A stretch of 64,000 bases of DNA from an uncultured Muribaculaceae bacterium (lineage in GTDB: Bacteria; Bacillota_I; Bacilli_A; RF39; UBA660), in NCBI GenBank assembly GCA_964555585.1, contig CAZKSN010000001.1, forward strand, positions 58,709 through 122,708, read 5' to 3'. Each line of letters begins with the position of its first letter. The first letter of the stretch is position 1. Both the position numbers and the translations under genes were made by a program. The notes below the pieces were generated by a model. It worked only from the letters and a program-made list of their open reading frames with translations, was not told the DNA's origin and made no database searches. Below are positions 9,701-19,545 of this stretch, one piece after another.

Positions 9701-10171
9701 TTATTTAATTTCTTTTGCATATATAAGTCCTATATCATTTGAAGCTAATTTTATCTCCTTTAGTAAACTAGATAAAGATTTATACATTTTTAAAATATAT
9801 TCTTCTACTTTCATTTCTTCCATCTCTTCATATGTGAACCATCCTGTACGATTACCTTCATTATTTTTTAGATTTATATTTGAAGATTTTGGCTTTCCAT
9901 AATATTGATAATCTATCATTTCACCAATTTTTGTATTAAAAGTTTTAATTGCTACTGGCTTTGGAACTGCATTATTATAAAAATCAATTATTTCAATTTC
10001 TAAACCTGTTTCAGTAAAACATTCTCTTATTGCACATTCATGATGTAATTCATCATTTTCAAGGTGCCCTCCAGGCTGCAACCATTTTTCTAATTTTCTA
10101 TTAAACATAAGTAAAAATTTATCATTATCTTCATCAATTACAAAAACAGATGCTGTTTTTTGACTTTTCAT
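9701..10171 (-). CDS. NUDIX hydrolase
   Basis: NUDIX box GGHLENDELHHECAIRECFTETGL (GX5EX7REUXEEXGU). Confidence 0.7.
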   Translation of the reverse strand: MKSQKTASVFVIDEDNDKFLLMFNRKLEKWLQPGGHLENDELHHECAIRECFTETGLEIEIIDFYNNAVPKPVAIKTFNTKIGEMIDYQYYGKPKSSNINLKNNEGNRTGWFTYEEMEEMKVEEYILKMYKSLSSLLKEIKLASNDIGLIYAKEIK

Positions 10172-10201
10172 AAAAATTCACCTCAAACAAAGTATAACAT
10201 A

Positions 10202-12235
10202 TTACCTATAACTTTTGAAGTATAAATCACTAACTAACCTAGTTATTCTTTTATTTATACTTGATGTAAAATTTGTTTTACCTGAACTTATATTCGGAGA
10301 TATTACAACAATACTAAAAGTTGGGTTTTCATAAGAAGCATACCCACCAAATGTTGTAGTTATTGTTTCAGTATCTATTTTTCCATCTAAATTTGTATCT
10401 ATAAAACTTTGTGCTGTTCCAGTTTTTCCCGAAGGTTTATATTTTGAATTTATATAACCATATCCAGTTCCTCCACTTTCTAAAACCATTTTTAAACCTA
10501 ATTTTACTCTATTTATATATTCTTCTTTTATATTAACTTTATTTAATTCTTTTATTTCATATTCATATATATAATTATTTCCTTTAATAGTTTTCATGAA
10601 ATGAGGAGCTATTCTTTTTCCAGTTGTTGCAACAGTATTTATATATTGTAATAATTGCATTGGCGTATAAGTATCATATTGTCCAATAGGAAAATCTAGG
10701 ATACTACCTGTATTTTTATCATTACCAATATATCCTATACTTTCATAAGGTAAATCTATTTCTGTTTTTACTCCTAATCCAAATTGATTATAAATATCTC
10801 TATATATTTTAAATGCAGAAGGATCTAATACTAATGAAGAATTATAATAATATAAACCTTTTCCAATTTTAATAGCAATCAGAAATTGATAATAATTTGA
10901 AGAATATTTTAATGCTTTTAAATCATCTACTTTACCAAGTTTTTTCCATGAACATTTTAAAGGAGTATTTTTTATTTTTATACAAGAATCATTTACTGTA
11001 TATCCAAACTTTATGGCTTTATTTTCATATCCCACTAAATGAGAAGCAGCTTTTACAATTGATCCTGGAGTAACAGACATAGTGGTTAAATCTGTTAAAT
11101 AATCTATTTCTTCATATTTATTATTTTTTTCAATAATCCCTTTTCCAACAGCAGCCAATATTTCACCATTTTGAGGATTACTTATTATTACATAACTTCT
11201 ATTATAATATTTAGTATTAGCTTGTTTTTTTGCTTTTTTAACATTTTCTAATACTATTTTTTCTACATCCTTTTGTAAATTAATATCTATAGATAAAATT
11301 ATATCTTTTCCAGGTGAAGCATTTGAAATTATTTTTTTTTCACCATTAGCTGTAATAATATATGTTTCATTTGTACCTTTTAAATATTCTTCATATTGTT
11401 TCTCTATATAACTAATTCCAACTATATCATTCCTATTGTAGCCTTCTTTTAATTTTTCTTCTAATTCTTCCTCAGGTATAGCTCCAATGCTACCTAAATA
11501 ACTCCTAAATGTATTACCATATGGATAATATCTTTCATATTTTATTGATATTTCAAAACCAATCAAACTATCCTTATTATTTTCTATATATTCATATTCT
11601 TTATCAGATACATCTTCTGACTTTATTATTTTTTTAGAATACTTGTATCCTTCATTCATTAATTTATATACATATCCTACTTTTTTATCTTCTTCACTTA
11701 AACTTAAAATATCTTTTTCAGTAATAATTTCATATAATTGATTAATATATTCTTCTTTAGAAATCTCTCTATTTTTATATTTATTCTTAATACTATTATC
11801 TATTTTTTTTTCTAATTCGTCTTCATATTTTATTAAATATATTTTTTTTAAATCTATTTCTTCAACTTTATCATAATCTAAATCAATATTATTAACAATA
11901 TTTTTTGCATATGTTAATTCTTCTTCAATAGTTACATCAGATTCCTTATTATAAGTAATAATATTTATTTCTTTATTACCTACTAATAGTTTACCATTCC
12001 TATCATAAATCTTTCCTCTTTCTCCTATTTTAGATACATATACTTTACTAATTTCTTTTTCTAATAATTCTTTATATTTTTTATTTTGTATTATATTTAT
12101 ATTGTAGATGTATATTAAAATAAAAATAAAATAAATAATAATAAATATAAATATTATAAAATATCTTTTTTGAATTACTCTGTTTATATAATTTATTGTT
12201 CTCATATAAATAGTATAATCATTTTTTATTTTCAT
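10202..12235 (-). CDS. class B penicillin-binding protein (transpeptidase)
   Basis: N-terminal TM, dimerisation domain, then transpeptidase motifs TPGSIVKAAS (SxxK), SSN and KTGTAQ. Start codon uncertain (no clear RBS). Confidence 0.75.
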   Translation of the reverse strand: MKIKNDYTIYMRTINYINRVIQKRYFIIFIFIIIYFIFILIYIYNINIIQNKKYKELLEKEISKVYVSKIGERGKIYDRNGKLLVGNKEINIITYNKESDVTIEEELTYAKNIVNNIDLDYDKVEEIDLKKIYLIKYEDELEKKIDNSIKNKYKNREISKEEYINQLYEIITEKDILSLSEEDKKVGYVYKLMNEGYKYSKKIIKSEDVSDKEYEYIENNKDSLIGFEISIKYERYYPYGNTFRSYLGSIGAIPEEELEEKLKEGYNRNDIVGISYIEKQYEEYLKGTNETYIITANGEKKIISNASPGKDIILSIDINLQKDVEKIVLENVKKAKKQANTKYYNRSYVIISNPQNGEILAAVGKGIIEKNNKYEEIDYLTDLTTMSVTPGSIVKAASHLVGYENKAIKFGYTVNDSCIKIKNTPLKCSWKKLGKVDDLKALKYSSNYYQFLIAIKIGKGLYYYNSSLVLDPSAFKIYRDIYNQFGLGVKTEIDLPYESIGYIGNDKNTGSILDFPIGQYDTYTPMQLLQYINTVATTGKRIAPHFMKTIKGNNYIYEYEIKELNKVNIKEEYINRVKLGLKMVLESGGTGYGYINSKYKPSGKTGTAQSFIDTNLDGKIDTETITTTFGGYASYENPTFSIVVISPNISSGKTNFTSSINKRITRLVSDLYFKSYR

Positions 12236-12256
12236 AAACTTATATAGGAGGAATTT

Positions 12257-12511
12257 ATGAATAAAAATTTAATAAAAAATTATATATCAAAAATAGATAA
12301 AAAGGATATTATTGATTTTGCTAATAAAGAAAAAGTTTTTATTTCTGATTATGAAATTAATTTAATTTTAGATTTAATAAAAAAAGATACCGATATTATT
12401 TTATCAGATCAGTTTTTAAATTATTTAGAAAATTATAAAAATGAATTCAGTGAAGAAATATATAATTTAATAATAGAAAAATATAATAAATATAAAAGTT
12501 TTATTTTATAA
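12257..12511 (+). CDS. small hypothetical protein (possibly DUF2624-like)
   Basis: 84-aa ORF with RBS AGGAGG 7 nt upstream. Weak resemblance to small Bacillus DUF2624 proteins. Confidence 0.35.
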   Translation: MNKNLIKNYISKIDKKDIIDFANKEKVFISDYEINLILDLIKKDTDIILSDQFLNYLENYKNEFSEEIYNLIIEKYNKYKSFIL

Positions 12512-13385
12512 AATCTATAAATTTTCTATTTTTAATTGATTCAATTTCATATTTATAAGGAGGATAAATATTATTATCTTTTTTTACATATGGAGTTTCT
12601 AATATTTTAGGAATATTTTCTAATCTTTTGTTATAAATAATATCAATTAATGTATTAAATCCAATTAATCCATATCCAAAATTAGCATGTCTGTCCTTCT
12701 TGGTTCCTATAAAATTATAACTATCATTTATATGAATACATTTAATTTTTTCAATACCTATTTTCTGATCAAATTCATCTAGAAAACCATCAAAATTTTT
12801 TAAATCTATTCCGGCATCATTCATATGACAGGTATCTAAACAAAAGAATACTTGTTCTTTTTTATCTATTAAATCATAAATACTTTTAAGTTCATCAATT
12901 GTACTCCCGACTTCAGATCCTTTACCACTCAAAAACTCAAGCAAAATATATTTATCGGTATCTTTTAAAGCCTGATTAATTCCATAGGCAATGTTTACTA
13001 TTGCCTGTTCTAAACTCAAAGATACCTTACTACCGGGATGCAGTACTAAATTATCAAGATTTAATAATTCTAATCTTTTTAATTCTTGTTTTAAAAAATT
13101 TATATAAAAGTCATATTTTCTAGAATCAAGATTATTTGCTAAATTTATAATAAATGGAGAATGAACTATTATATTTTCTTTATCAATACCATTTTCCTTC
13201 ATTAACTTGTGGGCTTCTTTCACAAGATTGTCTTCTATTGAAAAACGTATTGTATTACTTTGATTCCCAGTATATATCATAAAAGTGTTTGCTCCATAAC
13301 TCAAAGCTTCTTTAACACTTCCAACTAACTCAGTTTCATTATAAAATGAAACATGAGAACCTATAATCAAACTCATATAACTCAC
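12501..13385 (-). CDS. nfo: endonuclease IV (AP endonuclease family 2)
   Basis: TIM-barrel AP endonuclease 2 pattern: HVSFYNE...GANTFMIYTGNQ...HSPFIINLAN...LHPGS...HINDS. Confidence 0.75.
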   Translation of the reverse strand: MSYMSLIIGSHVSFYNETELVGSVKEALSYGANTFMIYTGNQSNTIRFSIEDNLVKEAHKLMKENGIDKENIIVHSPFIINLANNLDSRKYDFYINFLKQELKRLELLNLDNLVLHPGSKVSLSLEQAIVNIAYGINQALKDTDKYILLEFLSGKGSEVGSTIDELKSIYDLIDKKEQVFFCLDTCHMNDAGIDLKNFDGFLDEFDQKIGIEKIKCIHINDSYNFIGTKKDRHANFGYGLIGFNTLIDIIYNKRLENIPKILETPYVKKDNNIYPPYKYEIESIKNRKFIDFIK

Positions 13386-13478
13386 CTATCTATATAAAAT
13401 TATAGCATTATAAATTAATTTCGGTCAAATAAAAAAGTTCTAATAGAATTAGAACTTTATTTAATATATTTCTATTTT

Positions 13479-13901
13479 TTAGTCATCACAGTCAATATCG
13501 CCTTCAAAAGAACCAATTACTACTGTAGCAGCACCAATACCATCAATTGTTGGAGATGCAGCTAAATTAACTCCATAAGCCGAATCTGATACAGCAAATG
13601 TTGCAATAGAATCACTTGTAAAAGTTATTTCATATTTAACAGTTTGTGAACCTGACAAATCTAAAGTATTTGCGCCAGCAGCACCATCAAAACAATAGCT
13701 TGCAACTGTTGTTCCTCCAATTTGATCACTGATATATTGTTGTTCAGCAGCTTTAAATATTTCTTGAGCTTGAGTAACAAAAGTATTTTTCTTTGCATCC
13801 TGGAATAATTGTAATACTGTTGGAACTGCTATAACCACCAATATTGCTAATATTGCTATTACAGCTAATAGCTCTATTAAAGTGAACCCAGTTTTTTTCA
13901 T
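13479..13901 (-). CDS. type IV prepilin / competence pseudopilin (ComGC-like)
   Basis: Class III signal peptide MKKTGFTLIELLAVIAILAILVV (cleavage after G, then F, conserved E+5). C-terminal Cys pair. Confidence 0.65.
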   Translation of the reverse strand: MKKTGFTLIELLAVIAILAILVVIAVPTVLQLFQDAKKNTFVTQAQEIFKAAEQQYISDQIGGTTVASYCFDGAAGANTLDLSGSQTVKYEITFTSDSIATFAVSDSAYGVNLAASPTIDGIGAATVVIGSFEGDIDCDD

Positions 13902-14051
13902 TTTATCATTCCTTTCTTTAGATATATTGAGTATTTATAATACCTTTATACCCTTGATTATATGAAAATTATATCATTATAAATTTTTAATGTCAATGAA
14001 TTATCAATTTTTATTTTATATTGTACAAAAAAATACAAATTATATAAAATA

Positions 14052-16118
14052 TCAATTAATTTTAAATTTAATTGTATTATCTTTAATTGTATTAAATATC
14101 TCAATATTATAATGTTCTAGCAAATTAACAACCCTTTCACTAGGATGATTAAATTTATTGTTTTTACCAACGGATATAACAGCTTTTTTAGGTCTTATAT
14201 AATCTAAAAATTCTTTACTTGTACTAGAATCACTTCCATGATGTCCTACTTTTAATATATCAATATTTTTAATATTTATGTTATCTATAATATCTTTTTC
14301 AACTTTAATACTTGCATCTCCCATTAATAATATTTTGTAATCTTCAATTTTAATTAAAAAAACTAAACTATTATCATTTTCATTATTATAAATTTTATTG
14401 TTTAATGAGTATATAGATAATTTTTCTATAATTATAGATTTTTCTTTAAAAATATTAGCATTAATAATATCTTTTTCTAAAGTATTAATATTTCCTTGAT
14501 TTATAAATATTTTATCTACTTTAAAATTATTTATTAATTCTTTAGCATTACCTATATGATCATAATCTCCATGAGTAAAAAATAAATAATCTATATTTTT
14601 TATTCCAATACTATTTAAAAAAGGGATAATACTACTTTTAACTATTGAGAATTTCTTATTTTTTTCTTTCCATTTTTCATAATCATATGATACTGTTCCT
14701 CCAACATCAATCATAATAACATTTTTTAAATGAGGTGTTGTAATTAATATGCTATCCCCCTGTCCTACATCTAAAAAATAAATATAATAATTATTTTCTA
14801 AATAAGGAATAAAATAGTTTATAATTAAAATTAATAACATACAAAATTTATATTTTTTATTTTTTTTGGTTATTATAAATATTAGAAAAAAATAGTAAAA
14901 TAAAATAAATATTATACTTACTTTAGGATAATTAAAACTACATATATTTAAATTATTAATAAAGATTGATACTTTTTCCATTATTAAAATTACATATATA
15001 AAAATATTATTAAATATTGGAAATATAAAAACTATTAAAGAAAACGGGAAAACTATCAAAGAAACATAAGGAACATAAAAAATATTGTTAATTATACTCA
15101 TAAAATTTATATAATAGAAGTTATAAATTATTATTGGTAATGAAGATAAAAAAGAAATAATACTTATAAAACATAAATTTTTAAAATATTTTTTTGAATT
15201 TAAAAATTTATTGCTTAATATTAAGAAAAAAGTCACAATAAAAGATAACTGAAAACCTAAATCATATATAATAAATGGATTTATTAACACTAAAATAAAA
15301 TAAGTTAATAATAAAATATTAATAGTTTTTATATGAAAATAGAATATTCTATTTAATCCATATAAGAAAAAAAATACTGTTGCCCTCAACATTGAAGGGC
15401 AAAAATTTGTAATAAAGTTTACAAATATTAAAAATATAAAGATAATTAAGTGTGTTTTAAGTTCTGATACTTTAAATTTTTTTAATACATAACTTATTAA
15501 TAAAGCAATTAAAGATACATTTGTGCCTGATAAAGCAAATAAATGTGTTACTCCATTCTTTCTATAAGTTTCATTTATCTCATTATCTATGTAAAAAGTT
15601 TCTCCTAATACAAAAGCATAAATATATTCATTATTTTTAATATTTTTTATTCTATTTAGTATTTTATTTTTTAAAATAATTAAAATATTTTTATTTTTTC
15701 TTAATAATTTATATTCTTCTATATTTAAAATATAAAAAATCTTATTATTATATAAATATTTTTTATAATTAAATGTATTTGGTATAGAATTACTTTCAGG
15801 TAATTCTAGATTCCCCGTTATTTTTAATTTATCACCAAGATTAATATTATTAGAAAAATAATTTAATTCTTCTTCAGTTTTAAAGTAATAAATACATTTT
15901 AATTTTTCTTTACTAAAAAATTCAATACTTAATTTATTTCCATCAATATTATATTCTTGGATAATTCCAATAAATTCTTTTTCATTTCCATTATAATCAG
16001 ACTTAAAAATATAATAATTTGTAAGTAATAAAGAATAAATTGTTACTATTATAAAAAGAAAAAGATATATTTTATTAGAGAGTAATAAAATCCTTAATTT
16101 TAGAATATGTTGATTCAC
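14052..16118 (-). CDS. comEC: DNA internalisation competence protein ComEC/Rec2
   Basis: Polytopic membrane competence domain plus C-terminal metallo-beta-lactamase domain (LDVGQGDSILI...HGDYDHIG). Confidence 0.8.
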   Translation of the reverse strand: MNQHILKLRILLLSNKIYLFLFIIVTIYSLLLTNYYIFKSDYNGNEKEFIGIIQEYNIDGNKLSIEFFSKEKLKCIYYFKTEEELNYFSNNINLGDKLKITGNLELPESNSIPNTFNYKKYLYNNKIFYILNIEEYKLLRKNKNILIILKNKILNRIKNIKNNEYIYAFVLGETFYIDNEINETYRKNGVTHLFALSGTNVSLIALLISYVLKKFKVSELKTHLIIFIFLIFVNFITNFCPSMLRATVFFFLYGLNRIFYFHIKTINILLLTYFILVLINPFIIYDLGFQLSFIVTFFLILSNKFLNSKKYFKNLCFISIISFLSSLPIIIYNFYYINFMSIINNIFYVPYVSLIVFPFSLIVFIFPIFNNIFIYVILIMEKVSIFINNLNICSFNYPKVSIIFILFYYFFLIFIITKKNKKYKFCMLLILIINYFIPYLENNYYIYFLDVGQGDSILITTPHLKNVIMIDVGGTVSYDYEKWKEKNKKFSIVKSSIIPFLNSIGIKNIDYLFFTHGDYDHIGNAKELINNFKVDKIFINQGNINTLEKDIINANIFKEKSIIIEKLSIYSLNNKIYNNENDNSLVFLIKIEDYKILLMGDASIKVEKDIIDNINIKNIDILKVGHHGSDSSTSKEFLDYIRPKKAVISVGKNNKFNHPSERVVNLLEHYNIEIFNTIKDNTIKFKIN

Positions 16119-16779
16119 TTATCCCATTTACTTCCATTAACTCTTCAATATTTTTAAAAATACCTATTGAACTTCTATAATCTATTATTGCTTGAGCTTT
16201 TACTTCTCCTATTCCAACTAAAGTCATTAATTCTTCTAATGAAGCTTCATTAATATTTATTAAATTATTTTCATTAATTTCTTCAGTTTCCTCACTTATT
16301 TCTTCAATACATGAATCATTAACTACTTCTTCACAAATACATGAAAATTCTTCTTCTTCTTTTAATTTTAAATCTTCTATTTCTTTATTAGTATAAATTA
16401 TAATTACCATTTCATCTTCTATTTTTTTAGACATATTTATATATCTCGTATTTGCTTCTTTAGTTAAGCCTCCAGCCAATTTTATTACATCATTTACTCT
16501 TTTGTTTGCATCAATCAAATAAACTCCAGGATTATTAATTGCTCCTTTTATATCTACATAATATTTATCTATTTCTTCTATGTTATTTTCTTCTACTATT
16601 TCTTCTTGAGATAATAATTTATTTTCATTTTCAAATGATTTTATTTTTTTATTATTAAATCTATATATTAATATTAAAGAAATAATAAAGATTAATATAA
16701 TAATAAAATAAGAAGATATTAAAATTATTATTTTATTATGATCTTTTAAAAATATTTTTAATTTATTTAAAATTTCCAT
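16075..16779 (-). CDS. comEA: competence protein ComEA (DNA receptor)
   Basis: N-terminal TM, SLBB-like domain (GAINNPGVYLID...) and C-terminal tandem HhH (ININEASLEELMTLVGIGEVKAQAIIDYR). Confidence 0.75.
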   Translation of the reverse strand: MEILNKLKIFLKDHNKIIILISSYFIIILIFIISLILIYRFNNKKIKSFENENKLLSQEEIVEENNIEEIDKYYVDIKGAINNPGVYLIDANKRVNDVIKLAGGLTKEANTRYINMSKKIEDEMVIIIYTNKEIEDLKLKEEEEFSCICEEVVNDSCIEEISEETEEINENNLININEASLEELMTLVGIGEVKAQAIIDYRSSIGIFKNIEELMEVNGISESTYSKIKDFITL

Positions 16780-16856
16780 TTTTTCCTCCTAATAATATTA
16801 TTACTATAAAAAAATTAAACTCTTTTTTATAATAAAAAAATAAGTAATTTTATTAC

Positions 16857-18020
16857 TTATTTTGAAATGTTTGATATCTCTATATTTCTTTGAGTTATTT
16901 TATTTTCAATAGCTATTCTTTGTACAATAAATGTCGATATAACAAGATTTATAGTAAAACTTCCTCCATAACTTAAGAAAGGAACTGGAACTCCTGTTAA
17001 TGGTAATAGTGCAAGAATACCACAAAAATTTATTATTAAGTGAGTTAAAATATATATCATTACACCATAGCAAATTATTGAATTTCTTAAATTATAACTA
17101 CTTTTTGAAATTTTAATTATTCTTAATAAAATAAATAAATAACCTAAAATTAATACTATTCCAAATATTACTCCTAATTCTTCAACAGCAATAGGAAAGA
17201 TGAAATCAGTATGAGCTTCTGGTAAATATAAATATTTTTGAGTAGATTTTCCAATTCCTTTACCAAAAAGTCCTCCACCATTCATTGCAATAAATCCATT
17301 ACAAGCTTGATAACCTGTTTCTTCAGTATACCTAGTACAAGGTTCTTTAAAAACAAATCTACTTTTCTGCATATCAGTTAAAAAAGGAGTATCCGTTAAT
17401 ATAAATACTGTAAATACTATTGCAACTGCTCCTGCACCAATTTTCATTATAGTTGCAGCATTATTTTCTCTCATAGGAATACTTAAAAATGTAAAAAAAA
17501 CTATAAAAGCTATTATACTTGCAGTACCTAAATCAGGCTGTAAAGCAATTAAAATAAATATAATAATACTTAATGTTAATGGTATTAAAAATGAATATTT
17601 ACCACTTTTCTTATGTTCCATATCTCCAAAAAAAATACCTAAATATAAAATTAAAGCTATTTTAATAAATTCACTTGGCTGAAAAGAAAATTTTCCAAAA
17701 TCAATCCAACTTTTTGCATTATTAGTAATTTGACCATACATTAGTAGACCTACAAGAATTATAATTAATACTATTAAATAAGGAAACACTAGTTTTTTAT
17801 AATGTTTAGTTGGAAATTTTAAAACAAATATAAATCCTACAGCAAATGCAAATATATAAAATATAAATTGTCTAAAGAAAAAATAATATGGATTTACATC
17901 AAATTTAAGTACTGCAGCTACACTTGAAGCAGATAAAACTAATAATACCCCTATAGCTGAATATATTATTGTAAAAATTAATAATGGTTTATCTAGTTTA
18001 TTAAATATACTATTTTTCAT
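16857..18020 (-). CDS. SEDS-family peptidoglycan glycosyltransferase (FtsW/RodA/SpoVE)
   Basis: ~10 TM helices with SEDS motifs (FQPSEFIKIALILYLG; PDLGTASII). Confidence 0.8.
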   Translation of the reverse strand: MKNSIFNKLDKPLLIFTIIYSAIGVLLVLSASSVAAVLKFDVNPYYFFFRQFIFYIFAFAVGFIFVLKFPTKHYKKLVFPYLIVLIIILVGLLMYGQITNNAKSWIDFGKFSFQPSEFIKIALILYLGIFFGDMEHKKSGKYSFLIPLTLSIIIFILIALQPDLGTASIIAFIVFFTFLSIPMRENNAATIMKIGAGAVAIVFTVFILTDTPFLTDMQKSRFVFKEPCTRYTEETGYQACNGFIAMNGGGLFGKGIGKSTQKYLYLPEAHTDFIFPIAVEELGVIFGIVLILGYLFILLRIIKISKSSYNLRNSIICYGVMIYILTHLIINFCGILALLPLTGVPVPFLSYGGSFTINLVISTFIVQRIAIENKITQRNIEISNISK

Positions 18021-18151
18021 AAATCCTCTAGAGTAATTTTAACATATTTAGTAAACTTATAAAACTTTTTTTAAAAAACTAGGTATTTTTAATGTCAAAA
18101 ACACATACTTCTGCGTAAATTATTATAGGTAGTTAAAGGAGGTTAAAAAAT

Positions 18152-18316
18152 ATGTATTATTATGGATATAGTGGTGGATATGGTTCTCCATGCTATGGAT
18201 ACGGTGGATATCCTCATGGTGGCTGTGGCTACGGATATGGCGCTGCTATAATATTAGTATTATTTATTCTTTTAGTTGTAGTATTTGGAGCAGGATTCCT
18301 AAACTACAATAATTAA
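18152..18316 (+). CDS. YjcZ-family-like tiny Gly/Tyr-rich transmembrane sporulation peptide
   Basis: Not in the ORF track (54 aa): [65 protein letters not shown] 8 nt upstream. A Gly/Tyr/Cys head plus a single TM is the hallmark of YjcZ-type peptides. Confidence 0.45.
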   Translation: MYYYGYSGGYGSPCYGYGGYPHGGCGYGYGAAIILVLFILLVVVFGAGFLNYNN

Positions 18317-18318
18317 AA

Positions 18319-18347
18319 AGGAAGCTTTAAAACTTCCTTTTTCTTTT
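18319..18347. terminator. bidirectional rho-independent terminator
   Basis: AGGAAG-CTTTAAAA-CTTCCT hairpin, flanked by an A-run upstream and a T-run downstream, between convergent genes. Confidence 0.5.
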
Positions 18348-19539
18348 ATATTTTTCTTTTTAAATTAATTCCTTCTTTAAAAGCACATTGATTTGAACAA
18401 GTAAAGTCTGAAAAAGTACATCTGGCTCCTTTTGAATGTTCTAATGCAGTTTGTAATAAAGGATGTTTAGATTTTTTATAAGCTATAATCATTTTATTTA
18501 AAGTCTCTTTTGTTTGGTTGCAAATCTCAAGTTGAGCAGCTGAACATAATCTTTCTTTAGTTTTTAATATAAATTTATCAAAAGTTCCTGATTCATTTAT
18601 TGAAATCAATTCTCCTTGAGGAAAAATATGAGCTACAGACTTCATATCATTTATCCACTCATTAATTAATATCTGATCATCTTCTAAAATAGGTGGAACA
18701 AAAAATTCTGTTTCTTCTAATAGTCTCATACTATATTCAAGAGTTCTATGTCTGTGAGCCTGAGCCAATTGAGCAAATGATCCTTTATAATTTGCTGAAT
18801 AAGAATAATCAAAAGAATCTTCTACATCATACTGACTAAATAAAGATAATTTTCTGTTTTTTCTATTAGTTTGCATTCTTGAATCCAGACAATTTAATTT
18901 TTCAAAACAATCAATGAATTCTAATAAATATGGAGATAGTCTTTTTTCAAAATCATTTTTATCTGCTTTATTTGTCAAATCTCTCATAAATCCGCAAATA
19001 CGGTTGAGTTGAATTAAAGGTAAGGTATGAATCATTTTTGTTGACATAAATACAGTAACCAAATATCTACTGTTTTCCTGTGCCAATTTTGTTATTTTCT
19101 TATCATCAAAAATATTACCGTACTTCTCTTTGATCTTTACTTTAAATATTTCCATCCATTTATTGTACAAATTTTCCTCTTCAGTTGTAATGGCAGGATC
19201 TGCAGCTCCATCAACAGGAGTATATCTTGAAGATTTTTCTGAAGTAGAGCACTGTCTTTCATTATTTAAAATCATTGCAACTATTTTTGGAATATTAACT
19301 ATTTCAAAACCTATATTAATATGTTCATAAGGTGTTTGATGTTCATTATTTAAAGTCATACTTTCTCTTTTTTCTGTTTTTTCAAAAGGTTCATCTTTTA
19401 ATTTTTCCCAACCTAAAGGCTCATAACATTCTCCAGCTATTTTTGCAGAATAATCTAAAGCTTTCTTTAAATCTAAAGTACCATCTTTCTTTAAAAACGG
19501 TGTATGAGGTAACAATGTCACCTGAATATTATTTGACAT
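18346..19539 (-). CDS. ThyX-family (flavin-dependent thymidylate synthase)-like protein, extended and with a degenerate RHR motif
   Basis: HQTPYEHINIGFEIVNIPKIVAMILNNERQCSTSEKSSRY parallels the ThyX core HETPFEH...[21 protein letters not shown], with RHR replaced by NER. ~397 aa versus ~220-250 for typical ThyX. Confidence 0.45.
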   Translation of the reverse strand: MSNNIQVTLLPHTPFLKKDGTLDLKKALDYSAKIAGECYEPLGWEKLKDEPFEKTEKRESMTLNNEHQTPYEHINIGFEIVNIPKIVAMILNNERQCSTSEKSSRYTPVDGAADPAITTEEENLYNKWMEIFKVKIKEKYGNIFDDKKITKLAQENSRYLVTVFMSTKMIHTLPLIQLNRICGFMRDLTNKADKNDFEKRLSPYLLEFIDCFEKLNCLDSRMQTNRKNRKLSLFSQYDVEDSFDYSYSANYKGSFAQLAQAHRHRTLEYSMRLLEETEFFVPPILEDDQILINEWINDMKSVAHIFPQGELISINESGTFDKFILKTKERLCSAAQLEICNQTKETLNKMIIAYKKSKHPLLQTALEHSKGARCTFSDFTCSNQCAFKEGINLKRKI

Positions 19540-19545
19540 ACTATT

